Origin: Octopus vulgaris
Lineage: Eukaryota
DNA: 64,000 nt
Direction of reading: 5' to 3'
Assembly: GCA_951406725.2 (NCBI GenBank)
Contig: OX597827.1
Coordinates: 25,420,001-25,484,000 of the forward strand
The translations under genes and the position numbers were made by a program. Below the pieces are notes generated by a model. That model did no database searches. It was not told the origin of the DNA and saw nothing but the letters and a program-made list of their open reading frames with translations. Every line of letters starts with the position of its first letter. The first letter of the stretch is position 1. This document shows positions 42,465-54,295 of this stretch, piece after piece.

Positions 42465-42888
42465 AATCATTTCTACTACAGGTACAAGGCCTGGAATTGA
42501 ATAGGAAGGATCTCGTCGATTACATTGTCTCCAGTGATCAGTCGGCACTTTATTTCATCGATCCCAAGGTCTACCTAGGTGAGAATTAAACTCAGAACAT
42601 TAGCCGTAAGAAATACCGCAACCACTTTGTCCGGGGTGCTACCGATTTTGATAGATCGTCGCCTTGGAAATAATCCTTTCCATTATTGGCACAAGGCCTG
42701 ACATTTTGGGGGAGGGGACTAGTCGATTACATCGACCCCAGAATTTTACTGGTATGTAATTTATCGACACCGAAAGGATGAAAGGCAAAGTCGACCTCGG
42801 CGGAATTTGAACTCAGAACGTAACGACGGGCGAAATACCGCTAAGAAATTCGTCCAGTGTGCTAATGATTCTGCCAGCTCGCCGCCTA
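42465..42888 (-). mobile_element. SINE family B, two tandem units
   Basis: gtcgattacatcgaccccag..gaaaggatgaaaggcaaagtcgacctcggcggaatttgaactcagaac..ctgccagctcgccgcct. Confidence 0.8.
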
Positions 42889-43269
42889 GGTAATAATAAT
42901 GATACATGACCATTATATGATGTGTGAGACTCCAAGAAATTATGATGAATTCTTCTGGAATAATAGCTGAACCAATAAGATTTCCTGCTGCACTTCGTTG
43001 AACGGCAAAGGAAAATGGTAAAACAAAAAGTATTAGTAGAAATATACAGAAGTAAACACATGATGTACACTAAAATAAAATCTAAAGGGAATTCTATAAC
43101 TATGGTGAGTTATTCATATTTCGCATTTTTTACTGAATTTGTCAAATCGGAGAAGTAATTTATGTACACCCTGTATATGCATGCATACTCACATATAAAA
43201 AGAGAAAGCGAGAAATACAGTAGAGGGTTGGCTTTCGAACAACTGCGATCAGGAATAAGTCGTGCTTGA

Positions 43270-43388
<119 letters not shown>

Positions 43389-43401
43389 ATATATATATAT
43401 A

Positions 43402-43560
43402 TTTGTAAAGTAATATGTGACAATTATTCGGTAGCCAAGATAAAACTCTGAGTTTCTGATGCCAGATAACCGAAGAGATGGTGGTACGGATTTCCACCTC
43501 GGCATCCGAAACTCGGAGTTCTATCATGGCTACCGAATAGCTGTCACATATTATTTTACA
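43402..43560 (+). mobile_element. ~160-bp fold-back element with hammerhead motif, in (TA)n
   Basis: ~60-bp inverted arms; GATAa-CCGAAGA-GATG..CATC-c-GAAAC-tcgga-GTT-cTATC. Confidence 0.65.
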
Positions 43561-43614
43561 GATAAATTCCTCTATTTACATAATATTGAGGTCTCTTTCT
43601 TTCTTTTGTTATCT

Positions 43615-43683
<69 letters not shown>

Positions 43684-43761
43684 CATATATATATAAAGCA
43701 CGAATTATTCGTGATCAGAGTTATTCGAAAGCCTAGGTATTACTGTATGTATATATATATA

Positions 43762-43832
<71 letters not shown>

Positions 43833-44245
43833 AGAGAGAGAGAGAGAGGGAGAGAGGGAGAGAGAGAGCTATAATCTGAGTGAAAAAGTAAATATCTGCA
43901 AACACACTGTGCCCGACATTCATAGTTACAAAGGTCAGATTTCGAATCAAGAAAATGAAAAACTAGAGAGAAAATAACCTGAAAGTATTTACGTATAGAA
44001 TGCGCTTGCTAACATAGGGACTTAAGTACTTAAAGATCCACCCCCCGCTCTACCTTGACATATAGGAACTTCGAAGCATATAAAAAGAAACCAACATTTC
44101 CGTCTACGGATAAGTTTTCTCTAGTCTATTCATAGAACAAAAACCATCATCTTCTTTATATACGATTAGAACAAGATATATTTGGCTAGATAACAATGTA
44201 AGCCAAATCATATATATATGTACACACACACACACACACGCGCAC

Positions 44246-44307
<62 letters not shown>

Positions 44308-44400
44308 GTATATATCTATTCCTGAGCGTTATACTAATACATCTGTTTGTTTTGTACGCCACCTATCTTCGTCTTTTGTTTTTTTCGTAAACTCTCCCTA

Positions 44401-44449
<49 letters not shown>

Positions 44450-44646
44450 TTAATATACAATGTTGTTTTCCTGTATAAGCATATATATTGATATTTGCGT
44501 AAACATATGTGCGTGAGTTTGTGTATCTTCATGTATGTGCATACATGCATGTTGTTTATATCTTTATAGATATTCTTCTTTACATTTTATTCGTAGATGC
44601 TAGATGTATCCAACCAAACATAGATGCATCGACTTGATAATATGTG

Positions 44647-44705
<59 letters not shown>

Positions 44706-45169
44706 TTATTTATTTATAGATGTATTTGTATACATGTGTATATATATTGTTTTTAGAGATGCAACTATATGTAAATGTATAAACATACGCATACACACAC
44801 ACACATGTATATATTATACGGGGACTTATTCGGACCATGGACTAAGGGACTCACTCGAACCAGGGAACAATATTAACTCCAGAACAGTGAATTTCAGGCC
44901 ATGTTTACATTTTAGGAGGTTCCTGCTAGCTTTTTAGAGCCCATAAGGTGGCGGCAGAGCTGGAAGTCGATATCCAATTGCAAAGGGAGATAATCCTCGA
45001 TTGTTACCTTCAGGTAGCGAGGCTTTTTCTCCTCCATATTTTGAACAGCTCTTGGGGCAACAACTTTTTGGGATCTGACGATATGCTATAAACCTAAACC
45101 GTTTATGGACGGGAAATCTAAGGTAATTCAATATACCGGCCGTCCCCATTTTTAATATATATATATATA

Positions 45170-45686
45170 TAGCGGAGAATTTTTCTAAAATTTTTTTGCT
45201 ACCCTAAGATTTATTAATTAATGTTAAAAGGTTTTTTGGCTAATTTTGAAAGAAAATCGGCAATTATATTTACTACTGAAAAAACCGCGCGTGCGTGGTG
45301 GATTTTGAAAAGTTATAACATATAGACTCGAGGTATGGTCCTTATCGCCTCGTGCCTATATGTTCGCCTTGGTTTCCTGCTGAAGATGGCAACGCCAATT
45401 GTAAAGTAAAGTCATTTTATTTTATTTACAAAAGATTGCCGAAACTATGCATAGTCCAAGTAGGATAGGGTAAACGTTTTTATTTCTCTTTCCCTTTATT
45501 AGTGGTTTGGAGTTTAACTGCTCTTTCTAGTGAGTCAGATGTCCTATTATGGTCATCTCTTACGTGTTTAAATGCACACTGTATTTTTCTATGAATAATA
45601 TATAGTCTATTGATTATTCTTTCCTTCTCGCTAGACCACTGGTAGCGGAGAATTTTTCTAAAAATTTTTTTTGCTACCCTAAGATT

Positions 45687-45690
<4 letters not shown>
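45170..45690 (+). mobile_element. Hammerhead-containing element with ~47-bp terminal direct repeat, between (TA)n tracts
   Basis: agcggagaatttttctaaaatttttt..gctaccctaagatttatta at 45171 and 45643; 3' ~190 bp also present at 63075-63258. Confidence 0.7.
45376..45460 (+). ncRNA. Type I hammerhead, canonical CTGAAGA core, long stem II
   Basis: cctg-CTGAAGA-tGGCAA..tgtaaa..tttaca..TTGCC-GAAAC-tatgcata-GTC-caag; palindromic stem III ACTATGCATAGT. Confidence 0.7.
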
Positions 45691-45739
<49 letters not shown>

Positions 45740-46343
45740 TTATGTAAGATTTGTGTATACACATAGTAGTATGTCGATTAAAGAACTTTTACTGTCTATG
45801 GTTACCTGATGTCATCCACAATTTTAATATGTCACTGGATCTACCTCAGGAACCATGCAGTGTGATGAATAAAGATCCTCGTGAATTCCATTATTCGTTT
45901 TCTTCATTTGTTGCATATATATATCACATTCACTGACAAGTATGAAAGCGCATATTGGTATTAGGTCTGAATTTAGCCTGTGGTAGTATTTTGTCTGGAA
46001 AATAGATATAAAGTTACAAAATTTATCTAGTGGTTTATTCCTAATTTTCCTAAGCTCGTAACTGTTTTGTTTCATACAATTGATTCGTCCCTGTTTTCTC
46101 TGTTAGGGGCAATTTTCAACAGAAGGACTGTAAATTTGCGTCCAGTATTTCATTGTGGTGTTAGAGCATTGTGATGTCGGAGTAAATAAAATATAGGACT
46201 TTTGAGAGTATATTAATTTCATGTACTGGAATGATACCTTTGGTTTGTACCCTCGTGTATAAATATATATATATATGTGTAACCTTATGTGAATCTTTGG
46301 CGACTTTTTTCCTCCGTTCTCCTTTTCTATTGGACTTGCCTCT

Positions 46344-46455
46344 GTTTCTGAAGAAGTGCTTTGCTCGAAATTTAAAACCAACTTTCTTTCCTTCCCTGAG
46401 CTTCTGCTAATACTTTACATATACAACGTCCTCGTGTCTTTTGTGTTTGTCCTAT
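46344..46455 (+). mobile_element. Short PLE-type end with decayed hammerhead
   Basis: GTTT-CTGAAGA-agtgc-ttt-gctc-GAAA-ttta-AAAC, then ccctgagc..taatac tail and (TA)n. Confidence 0.5.
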
Positions 46456-46484
46456 ATATATATATATATATATATATACATACA

Positions 46485-46520
<36 letters not shown>

Positions 46521-47214
46521 TATCTATACATATACATACATATATTTATATATATATACATACACACACACATATCTATATATATATATATATTGACAGA
46601 TATTAAATAAACCTACCTATATAAGTTCGGTCTCATTACATATATAGTGGCAGGGAGATTAACAGAAGGAGATGTGCAGATCAAACCGTGTACAGAAAGA
46701 ATGTTCAAAACGTACAGACGTAAAGCCACAATGAAGCTGTGTGTACATTGATGAGTAGATATCAGCGTATTTCATTATTATTGCAAGGCCTGGACTCCTT
46801 ATTGGCATCACATCAAAGAGCTTGAAGGGCTTCACCAATCAAAACTTCGCTCATTTCTTAGCATTTGCAAGGAATAAATGACGAACGACATGCCTCAGGA
46901 GGAGAAATATCAAGCACTGAGACGGTACTCGTCATAGATCAGCTGCCCTAGATTGGCCATGTTCAGAGACGACTAATAAAGGATTACGAAAGACCATATT
47001 TTATTTTGAAATGAAAATATTACTATAGAAGATAAGTAGTGAGGTCCAGAGACGTCGGGAAGTGGGACTTCACACTCTAAGGCACCCAACCGAAGGAGTC
47101 TGAGAGCGTTGAGAAATATGAAAATGAATAGATGAATCTGTACTGACTTGGAAAAAGACGAAATATAAGTATCCAAACTGGGATGGCGAACTCGTAGTAA
47201 ACCTACAACGATTG

Positions 47215-47320
<106 letters not shown>

Positions 47321-47473
47321 CTCTCTCTCTCTCTATTAACCAACAAAACAACCAACCAGCCTACCTACCTACATACATACCTACATATCTTTACAAACAC
47401 ACACAGAGAAACATAAACACGCGCACACACATATAGTTATACATAAACATGTATAAATATATATATACATATA

Positions 47474-47525
<52 letters not shown>

Positions 47526-47725
47526 TATATATATATATATATATAGATATATATATATATGGGTGTGTGTGATTGTGTATAGAAGAATATATTAATAAAA
47601 AGAATTCCAACCTTGTCTGATTTTCACGTTTTATTTACAATCTTATAATGATATATTATAAGATAATATATTATAATTGAATAAAATAAAGTGAAATAGT
47701 AGAATGTTAAATATTCATTCTGATT

Positions 47726-47768
47726 GAACTAGTACTTTCATGCATTGAATTCTGCAATCTTCGGGTTC
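47726..47768 (-). ncRNA. Type I hammerhead in the PLE 3' terminal repeat (CCGAAGA core)
   Basis: Minus: GAAC-CCGAAGA-tTGCA-gaattcaa-TGCAt-GAAAG-ta-CTA-GTTC; palindromic stem III AGTACT. Confidence 0.75.
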
Positions 47769-48263
47769 ATGTAGTAGTGTTGACAGTCATGCTTCACAAT
47801 TTTTGACTGTAGCAAGATGAGTGATTCTGTGCTATAAATACAGCTGGGTAGGCTCCAGAGTGCTAGGTTTTGCAAACTGTATTCTGACCAATCAGTGTGT
47901 AGTATCACTCAATTACTTAAGCTGATTGGTTGGTTGAGCTGATTGGTTTAGGCATCACGCTTTGTTGGACAGGTCAAGAGTCCTGTATCTTGACCCTGGC
48001 CGAAGCAGCAATTGTTGGGTTATTTTTAGAAATGTTGTAAATATCCTTTGTCAGAGATTTTTATATTTTTATATTTCAATTGTCATCATCATCATTGTCA
48101 GCACCTTAATTATTGTTGCTAGTGGTGATGGTGGTGGCAATAGAACTTTTAACCCTAAATAAGATAATTTTCCTGCTATCTTCGTCTTGATCACCTTTAG
48201 TATTGTTGTTGTTGTTAGTGGTCATGGTCGTAGCAGTGGAAGTAATACCTCTAAGTATTATTA

Positions 48264-50591
48264 TTATTGCTTATTTAGCTTGGGTTCGAATTTATCAATA
48301 AAATTCTTTTCTCTGATTTTCCTCTCGATTTCACTTGGGCTGTGTAATTTGTAGAATGGAAATATTATATATATTTTCCGACCACATGTTGCTAGGTGGT
48401 TACTCAAAGGTATCTGACGGACCTCTGGGTCTCTAATCTGTTGCCGGTGTACACGTGAGCGTTCTAATAGTGCGTTTCCCGTCTGACCTACATATATTTC
48501 TTCACAATTTAGGCATTTGATGCAGTAAATTAAATTTCTGCTTTTGCAGTTCATATTCGCGTTTGTGAATATTTTCCCGGTTTTTGTGTTTATATATTGA
48601 CCGGTATGTATGAATTGGCATGTGCCACATCGGCTATCATTGCATTTAGATACCGTGAATGTTTGGTCTTTGTTGCTGAGGTCAAATTTTGCCTTTGTTA
48701 GTAATGTTTTCAAGTTTTTAGGCTGTCTTTTACTAAGCACCATAGCTCGATCCTTGATTATGTCTTTTAATTCATTACTTTGGGCAATGATTGGTAGGTT
48801 TGCTTTGGCAATGTTGAAGATATTCTGGTGACATGGGTTGTGTGTCACTATGAATGGTATGACTTGTTCTTGTTTTCCTCTTCCTTGGGTTGTCCTAAGT
48901 TGTTGTATAGGTATTTTTATAGCCCGCTGTATGCCATTTTCTATAAGTAGAGATGGGTATTTTTGTTTGAGCAAAAATTCTCTTAGTTCTATTAGGCGTT
49001 TGTTCTTGATATTTGCATCTTCTACAATAGTACAAATTCTTCTGGCTAGGCAGTATGGGATGTTACGTTTTGTATGTGGTGGATGGCACGACTTAAAATT
49101 TAGGTATTGATGTGTGTCTGTGTGTTTATAGTATATATCTGTGGTGATGGTGGTGTCTTTTTTAATTACCATTATATCCAGGAATGGTAATTTGGTACTA
49201 CTCATCTCCTTTGTAAATTTGAGAGATGGGTGTAGGTTGTTCAGGAGGATATTGAACTCTTCCAGAGTATTTAGAGATTCTGTCCAGATTATGAAACAGT
49301 CGTCTAGGTATCTCTTCCATGCCTTTTCAATATACTTTCTAAATCCAGTGCCATAGTTTACCTCCACCTCTTGGTAGAGTTGTTCTTCTAAGTATCCCAT
49401 TACAGAGTTGGCGTAAACGGGAGCAAACCTCGTTCCCATCGCCGTGCCTCTAATTTGGATGTAATTCTTTCCATTGAAGAAGAATGTGTTATTTTCTAGA
49501 ATAAGTTTGACTGTGTCTAATATAAATGGCACTGTGAATCTGCTGGGAATCACTTCTCTATGTTTTTCTAACCAGTATTTAATCGCCTTTATTCCTAAAT
49601 CGTGTGGAATATTGGTGTAGAGGCTTACCACATCAAAACTTAGTAAAACTGAATTTGTTTCTGTTGTTTTGGGAAGATGGGACAGGAAGTCGATATCATC
49701 CCTGATGAAACTTGGTATGTAAGTACATAGTGGTTTCAAAACAATGTCAATAAAATTGCTTAGACGGTGTGTAGGGCATGCTGGACCAGCTATAATAGGT
49801 CTAAGTTTTAGGTCTTTTGGATGTAATAATTTTATGTACTCACTTTCTTGTTCTTTTACTGCCTGTTGAATGTTTTTTGATTTGTGTATTTTTGGTAAGC
49901 CGTAGAAGTTGCTGGGTTTTGGTTCAAAATTGGTGATGTAGTCTTTTTCATTATCCGTAAGTGAGTTGTGGTGTGTTGAAATCAGGTTGTTGATCTTTTT
50001 CATGATGTGGTGGTCTATATTTGCGGGTATTTCACAATAGAAGGTTGTATCCTTCAGTTGGTCTTCAACCAAATCCTTATAGTATTCGGTATCCATAATA
50101 ACAATTGCACCACCTTTATCTGCTTGTTTAATTATTATTGTTTGATCGTTTTGTATACGTTTACATGCAGACATCTCTGATTTGCTAATGTTTGGCCTAA
50201 CATTGGTATTGCGTCTAAGGGGAAATTTAGACAGGATATCAATGTATTGGTCAAGGTAGTTATTTCTTCCTTTTGGTGGGGTGAAATTTGATTTATTCCT
50301 TACTAGGGATTCATCAATCTCATTACTTTTGTTAGCGAAGAATTCTACAAGTCGTAATTTTCGACAAAATTTTTGGATATCCTCCTTTAATTCTTGGTGG
50401 TTGGCTGTTGGTGTAGGTGTGAATTTCAGTCCTTTTGACAGAAGTTGGATTTCATCATTGTCAAGATCTCTTTTTGATAAATTAATTATTTTAGGATCTA
50501 TACGTTCAGTTGTTTGGGGTATGTTTCCTCTTGGATTTTTTCTTTCTCCGGTGTTTGTTGTCCTGACGTAAAAAAATGGATTTTTTTCTGG
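48264..50591 (-). CDS. PLE reverse transcriptase + CxxxxCxxC linker + GIY-YIG endonuclease (frame open from 50591; first ATG 50174)
   Basis: RT motifs DKG, PKIHK-(~25 aa insert)-RPII, FDVVSLYT, GTAMG, YLDD; thumb YYKHTDTHQYLNFKSCHP; KCNDSRCGTC; NLIYCIKCLNCEEIYVGQT..R...H..H..E..FI....P.LN. Confidence 0.95.
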   Translation of the reverse strand, partial: PEKNPFFYVRTTNTGERKNPRGNIPQTTERIDPKIINLSKRDLDNDEIQLLSKGLKFTPTPTANHQELKEDIQKFCRKLRLVEFFANKSNEIDESLVRNKSNFTPPKGRNNYLDQYIDILSKFPLRRNTNVRPNISKSEMSACKRIQNDQTIIIKQADKGGAIVIMDTEYYKDLVEDQLKDTTFYCEIPANIDHHIMKKINNLISTHHNSLTDNEKDYITNFEPKPSNFYGLPKIHKSKNIQQAVKEQESEYIKLLHPKDLKLRPIIAGPACPTHRLSNFIDIVLKPLCTYIPSFIRDDIDFLSHLPKTTETNSVLLSFDVVSLYTNIPHDLGIKAIKYWLEKHREVIPSRFTVPFILDTVKLILENNTFFFNGKNYIQIRGTAMGTRFAPVYANSVMGYLEEQLYQEVEVNYGTGFRKYIEKAWKRYLDDCFIIWTESLNTLEEFNILLNNLHPSLKFTKEMSSTKLPFLDIMVIKKDTTITTDIYYKHTDTHQYLNFKSCHPPHTKRNIPYCLARRICTIVEDANIKNKRLIELREFLLKQKYPSLLIENGIQRAIKIPIQQLRTTQGRGKQEQVIPFIVTHNPCHQNIFNIAKANLPIIAQSNELKDIIKDRAMVLSKRQPKNLKTLLTKAKFDLSNKDQTFTVSKCNDSRCGTCQFIHTGQYINTKTGKIFTNANMNCKSRNLIYCIKCLNCEEIYVGQTGNALLERSRVHRQQIRDPEVRQIPLSNHLATCGRKIYIIFPFYKLHSPSEIERKIREKNFIDKFEPKLNKQ

Positions 50592-51402
50592 TTATGATTT
50601 ATATTCCTGTTGATGTTTGCTTGATAAATTTTGCGTTTTGGTTGTGGTACTTTACTTGGTTTCGTTATGTTTTCTGTCTTGTTTTTGGTATTATGTATGC
50701 TACTTTTCAATTTCTTGTTAGCATTGTTTTTAACCACCTGGAGAAATGATCTGGGTTTACTTCTAGATCTAGATCGGTTTTTTGTCCAGTTTCTTGTGGG
50801 TAATCTCTGTTGAGGTCTTGAAAATGATCTCCTGTTATTTCTACTGCTAATGGTCTGTTCAAAACAATATCTATTTTGTTTGTGCTTTTTGTTCATGTTG
50901 TGTGCATTAGGGTGTTTGCATACAAAATGGGAAGAGTTCTTACCGTAGTTCGTCTTCGATTCGTGGTGAAACGGGTGTTCATGTTGCCACGTGTTCTGGT
51001 GTATGTTGCGTTGGTGAGGTTGTCCACTTTTAATGCTATTTCTCGGAGTTCTGGTGTCTTTACCGTAATTTGTAGCATATTTGTCGAGAAATAATTGTTT
51101 CCGCTGCCAAAACTTTCTTGATCTGCTTTCTTCTTTTGAGATATCTCTGATCCATAGTTCTCGCATTTTTTCTGCTATATTGCCGGTCGTTAGTTTGGAT
51201 ATTTCATCTCTGATTTGATCATCGATAGCTTCGTATTTGGCTTTGTAGCGGGATTGTTTAGACAGGGTAATGGAGATGTCGGTCCTGAATTTTATCAAAC
51301 TAAGGTCCCATCGAAGTTTAGTTTCTTCCTCTAGTTCTCCTGCAATTTCTTTAATTAGGTACTTCCGAGGAAGTATGGGTGCCGCTAAAGATATCCATTT
51401 CG

Positions 51403-51403
<1 letters not shown>
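50498..51403 (-). CDS. PLE ORF1 (5'-truncated), unknown function; charged helical region plus basic R/S-rich tail
   Basis: Uninterrupted frame to TAG at 50498; overlaps the RT frame by ~94 nt; same sequence in copy 1. Confidence 0.75.
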
Positions 51404-51444
<41 letters not shown>

Positions 51445-51665
51445 TACCCAGTCACACACACACGTATATATACATATATGAAATAGTTATCTGATAGTAG
51501 ACCTAATAAAGTCAGTAATATTTATAGTATGTTCGTAGAGCTTGCGATCACGTGAAAGGATTATAAAGGATAAATACTTAATGCATAGAATAAAGGAATT
51601 AACGTGTCCTATAAATATTACATCTACGAATTCAGTTCTCTATATCACCATCATTTTCATGAAAC

Positions 51666-51706
<41 letters not shown>

Positions 51707-51977
51707 GTTGGAATTTGTGTGTATATATATATATATATGCATATATATGTGTCTTTGAGTGTGCGTGTCTGTGTGTGCACGTGTGTATATGTTTCTATTC
51801 GTCTGTATATGTATACATATATGCACACTCGTTTAAAATCAATCACACACAGAGATACTTTCGAAGCATATGAATCTATATTATATATCTGGGAATAAAT
51901 GTCAGAGCTAGACTTTAGAATCTACAAATACTTGTACAATTGTCAATTTCATATACATACATACACGTAAACATGTA

Positions 51978-52021
<44 letters not shown>

Positions 52022-52111
52022 ATATATATGTGTGTGTATATATATATATGTATATATATATGTATATGTATATATATATATACACATACACGCACACATG
52101 TACAAATGTAG

Positions 52112-52198
<87 letters not shown>

Positions 52199-52950
52199 TG
52201 AAAGAGAGGCGCATATACAAGTCGCACACATTATAAATATATTCAAATAAATATTCATGTGTATGTATGAATATGTGTCTACAAATATAATTGAGGGGAC
52301 ACATATATACAGTCAGTCCTATATAGTTCTATCGACAGATATAAATGTACAAGTAGACACTTATGTTACACTTGTAACAGCCATTTTTAGGCAGTTATTA
52401 GTTTCCAAATGGTTTAATAGATATGTACATACAAAGGCGAGTGTGCACACACGTTTTGTGTGTTTGTATACACATAAACCCACACATACATACCTCCATA
52501 TATACATAAATACTCTCTCTCTCTGTCTTACACACACATATATTCTTATTTGTATATGTGTGTGTGTGTGTACATTTTCTATAGACGCAGAAACCTGTAT
52601 TTGTTTGTGTAAGAGTGTCAATGCTATTTACATATAATTTTCCAAATATCAGAGCTAGACATCAAAAGATATTCCTTCGCTCACATCCGAAATATTATTT
52701 TCCTTCCTACTTCAGATCGGTTTCAGCCAATGGTGGACGAGGCCATTTCTAACATAATGGCGCCGAACGAATATCAAGTTTATAAAACATTATTTTACCT
52801 GAATTGCATCACATTCACCACTGAAATTTTGTAGCAATGGTTTATCGTGTTGTTTATCTGCAGTTCGGACTTACGATCAAACACATTCCATTAATGACCA
52901 TCTCGTCTTATATTTCAAGCATCACGAGCCTAATAGTTCATCATACATTG

Positions 52951-53039
<89 letters not shown>

Positions 53040-53048
53040 AGTCTGTCC

Positions 53049-53081
<33 letters not shown>

Positions 53082-54263
53082 TCGAAAAAATAACCAACCA
53101 AACAACCAATCAACCTACCTACCTACATACATACCTACATATCTATCAATCAATCTATCTATCGATCTGTCTTTACAAACACACACACACAAACATAAAC
53201 ACACAAACGCGCGCACACACATATAGTTATACATGTATAAATATAGATATATATAGTCTGTGATCTTGTCAATTTTAAACAAATAGGGTTTAGTGTTACT
53301 TAGCTGGTGTTTCCAGCAGACGGAACGACTAAATAAATTCTCTCTCTTGTTGGGATCAATTAGAAACAGAGTCGTCTGCCTGATAGACATTACGAACATC
53401 GTTTTCAGAAAGTGACTAATGTTTTAGCTCACGATTATTTTTTTGCCATTTTCTTGTGATTAAAAACAACTGTGTCGTTAGGCTTAAAAACAACTGTGTC
53501 TATTTGACTACGTCCTCGATTATTTGTGGCACCACTGTTTGAATCAACTGCATTAAATATCTCTACTGGTCAGATGATTGAAAAAAAAAATCATGTAAAC
53601 AAACAAAAACAGCCAACGTATACGAGAAGAATATGATTATACTTTACTGAAGATGTCTGAAATTAAACATAACAGAATTGTTATTGCATTTAACAAAAAC
53701 AGATTCACTCCCAACTTCCTCTTCTTATTAAAGTTTTAAGCAATTTAACTTTTAAATTTATCTCCCTTGTCTTTGACAAATATTAACATCAATACAACTA
53801 CTACACTTCTTATTGTGAGTAAAATTTTATTGAATGATTATTTAAGGGCGAAACTCGGTATAGTAGTTAAGAACAGCAATTTAAAAACAACAACCAAGCA
53901 TAAAAACGGTATTGTTAAAATTATTATTTCCTGTGTATTTCCTAAGGTGATGTGGCATTTAAAAGAGGGTGCTTGTTTGAGATATTATTGGATTACTGCG
54001 TTTGAGGCTTTGAAAAATACTTACGTTTGTTTACGGAAATATAGTTTTATAGTGTACTCTTATGGCAGAAAATCATTTCATCTTACAGAAAAAAAAAATA
54101 TCAGTTTTTTTTCGAAGAGGTGTCATCAAATTGGTACAACATATCCATCGATATCTCTGTCTGTCTGTCTCTGCTTCTGTCTCACTCTGCTTTAGTCTCT
54201 CTCTCTGCTTTAGTCTCTCTGTGCCTCTGTCTCTCTCTTCCTCTGTCTCTCTCTATCTCTGTT

Positions 54264-54295
<32 letters not shown>

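Larger units (their letters stand above)
47580..51403 (-). mobile_element. Penelope-like element (Naiad-like) copy 2, 5'-truncated, with intact RT-GIY-YIG frame
   Basis: ORF1, RT-EN frame and ~680-bp 3' UTR with hammerhead; flanked by (TA)n/(TG)n. Confidence 0.95.

Noticed and set aside
48264-48700. Selenocysteine recoding as reported for some Naiad PLEs
   Set aside because: No in-frame TGA; the zinc-finger and GIY-YIG positions are ordinary Cys codons.
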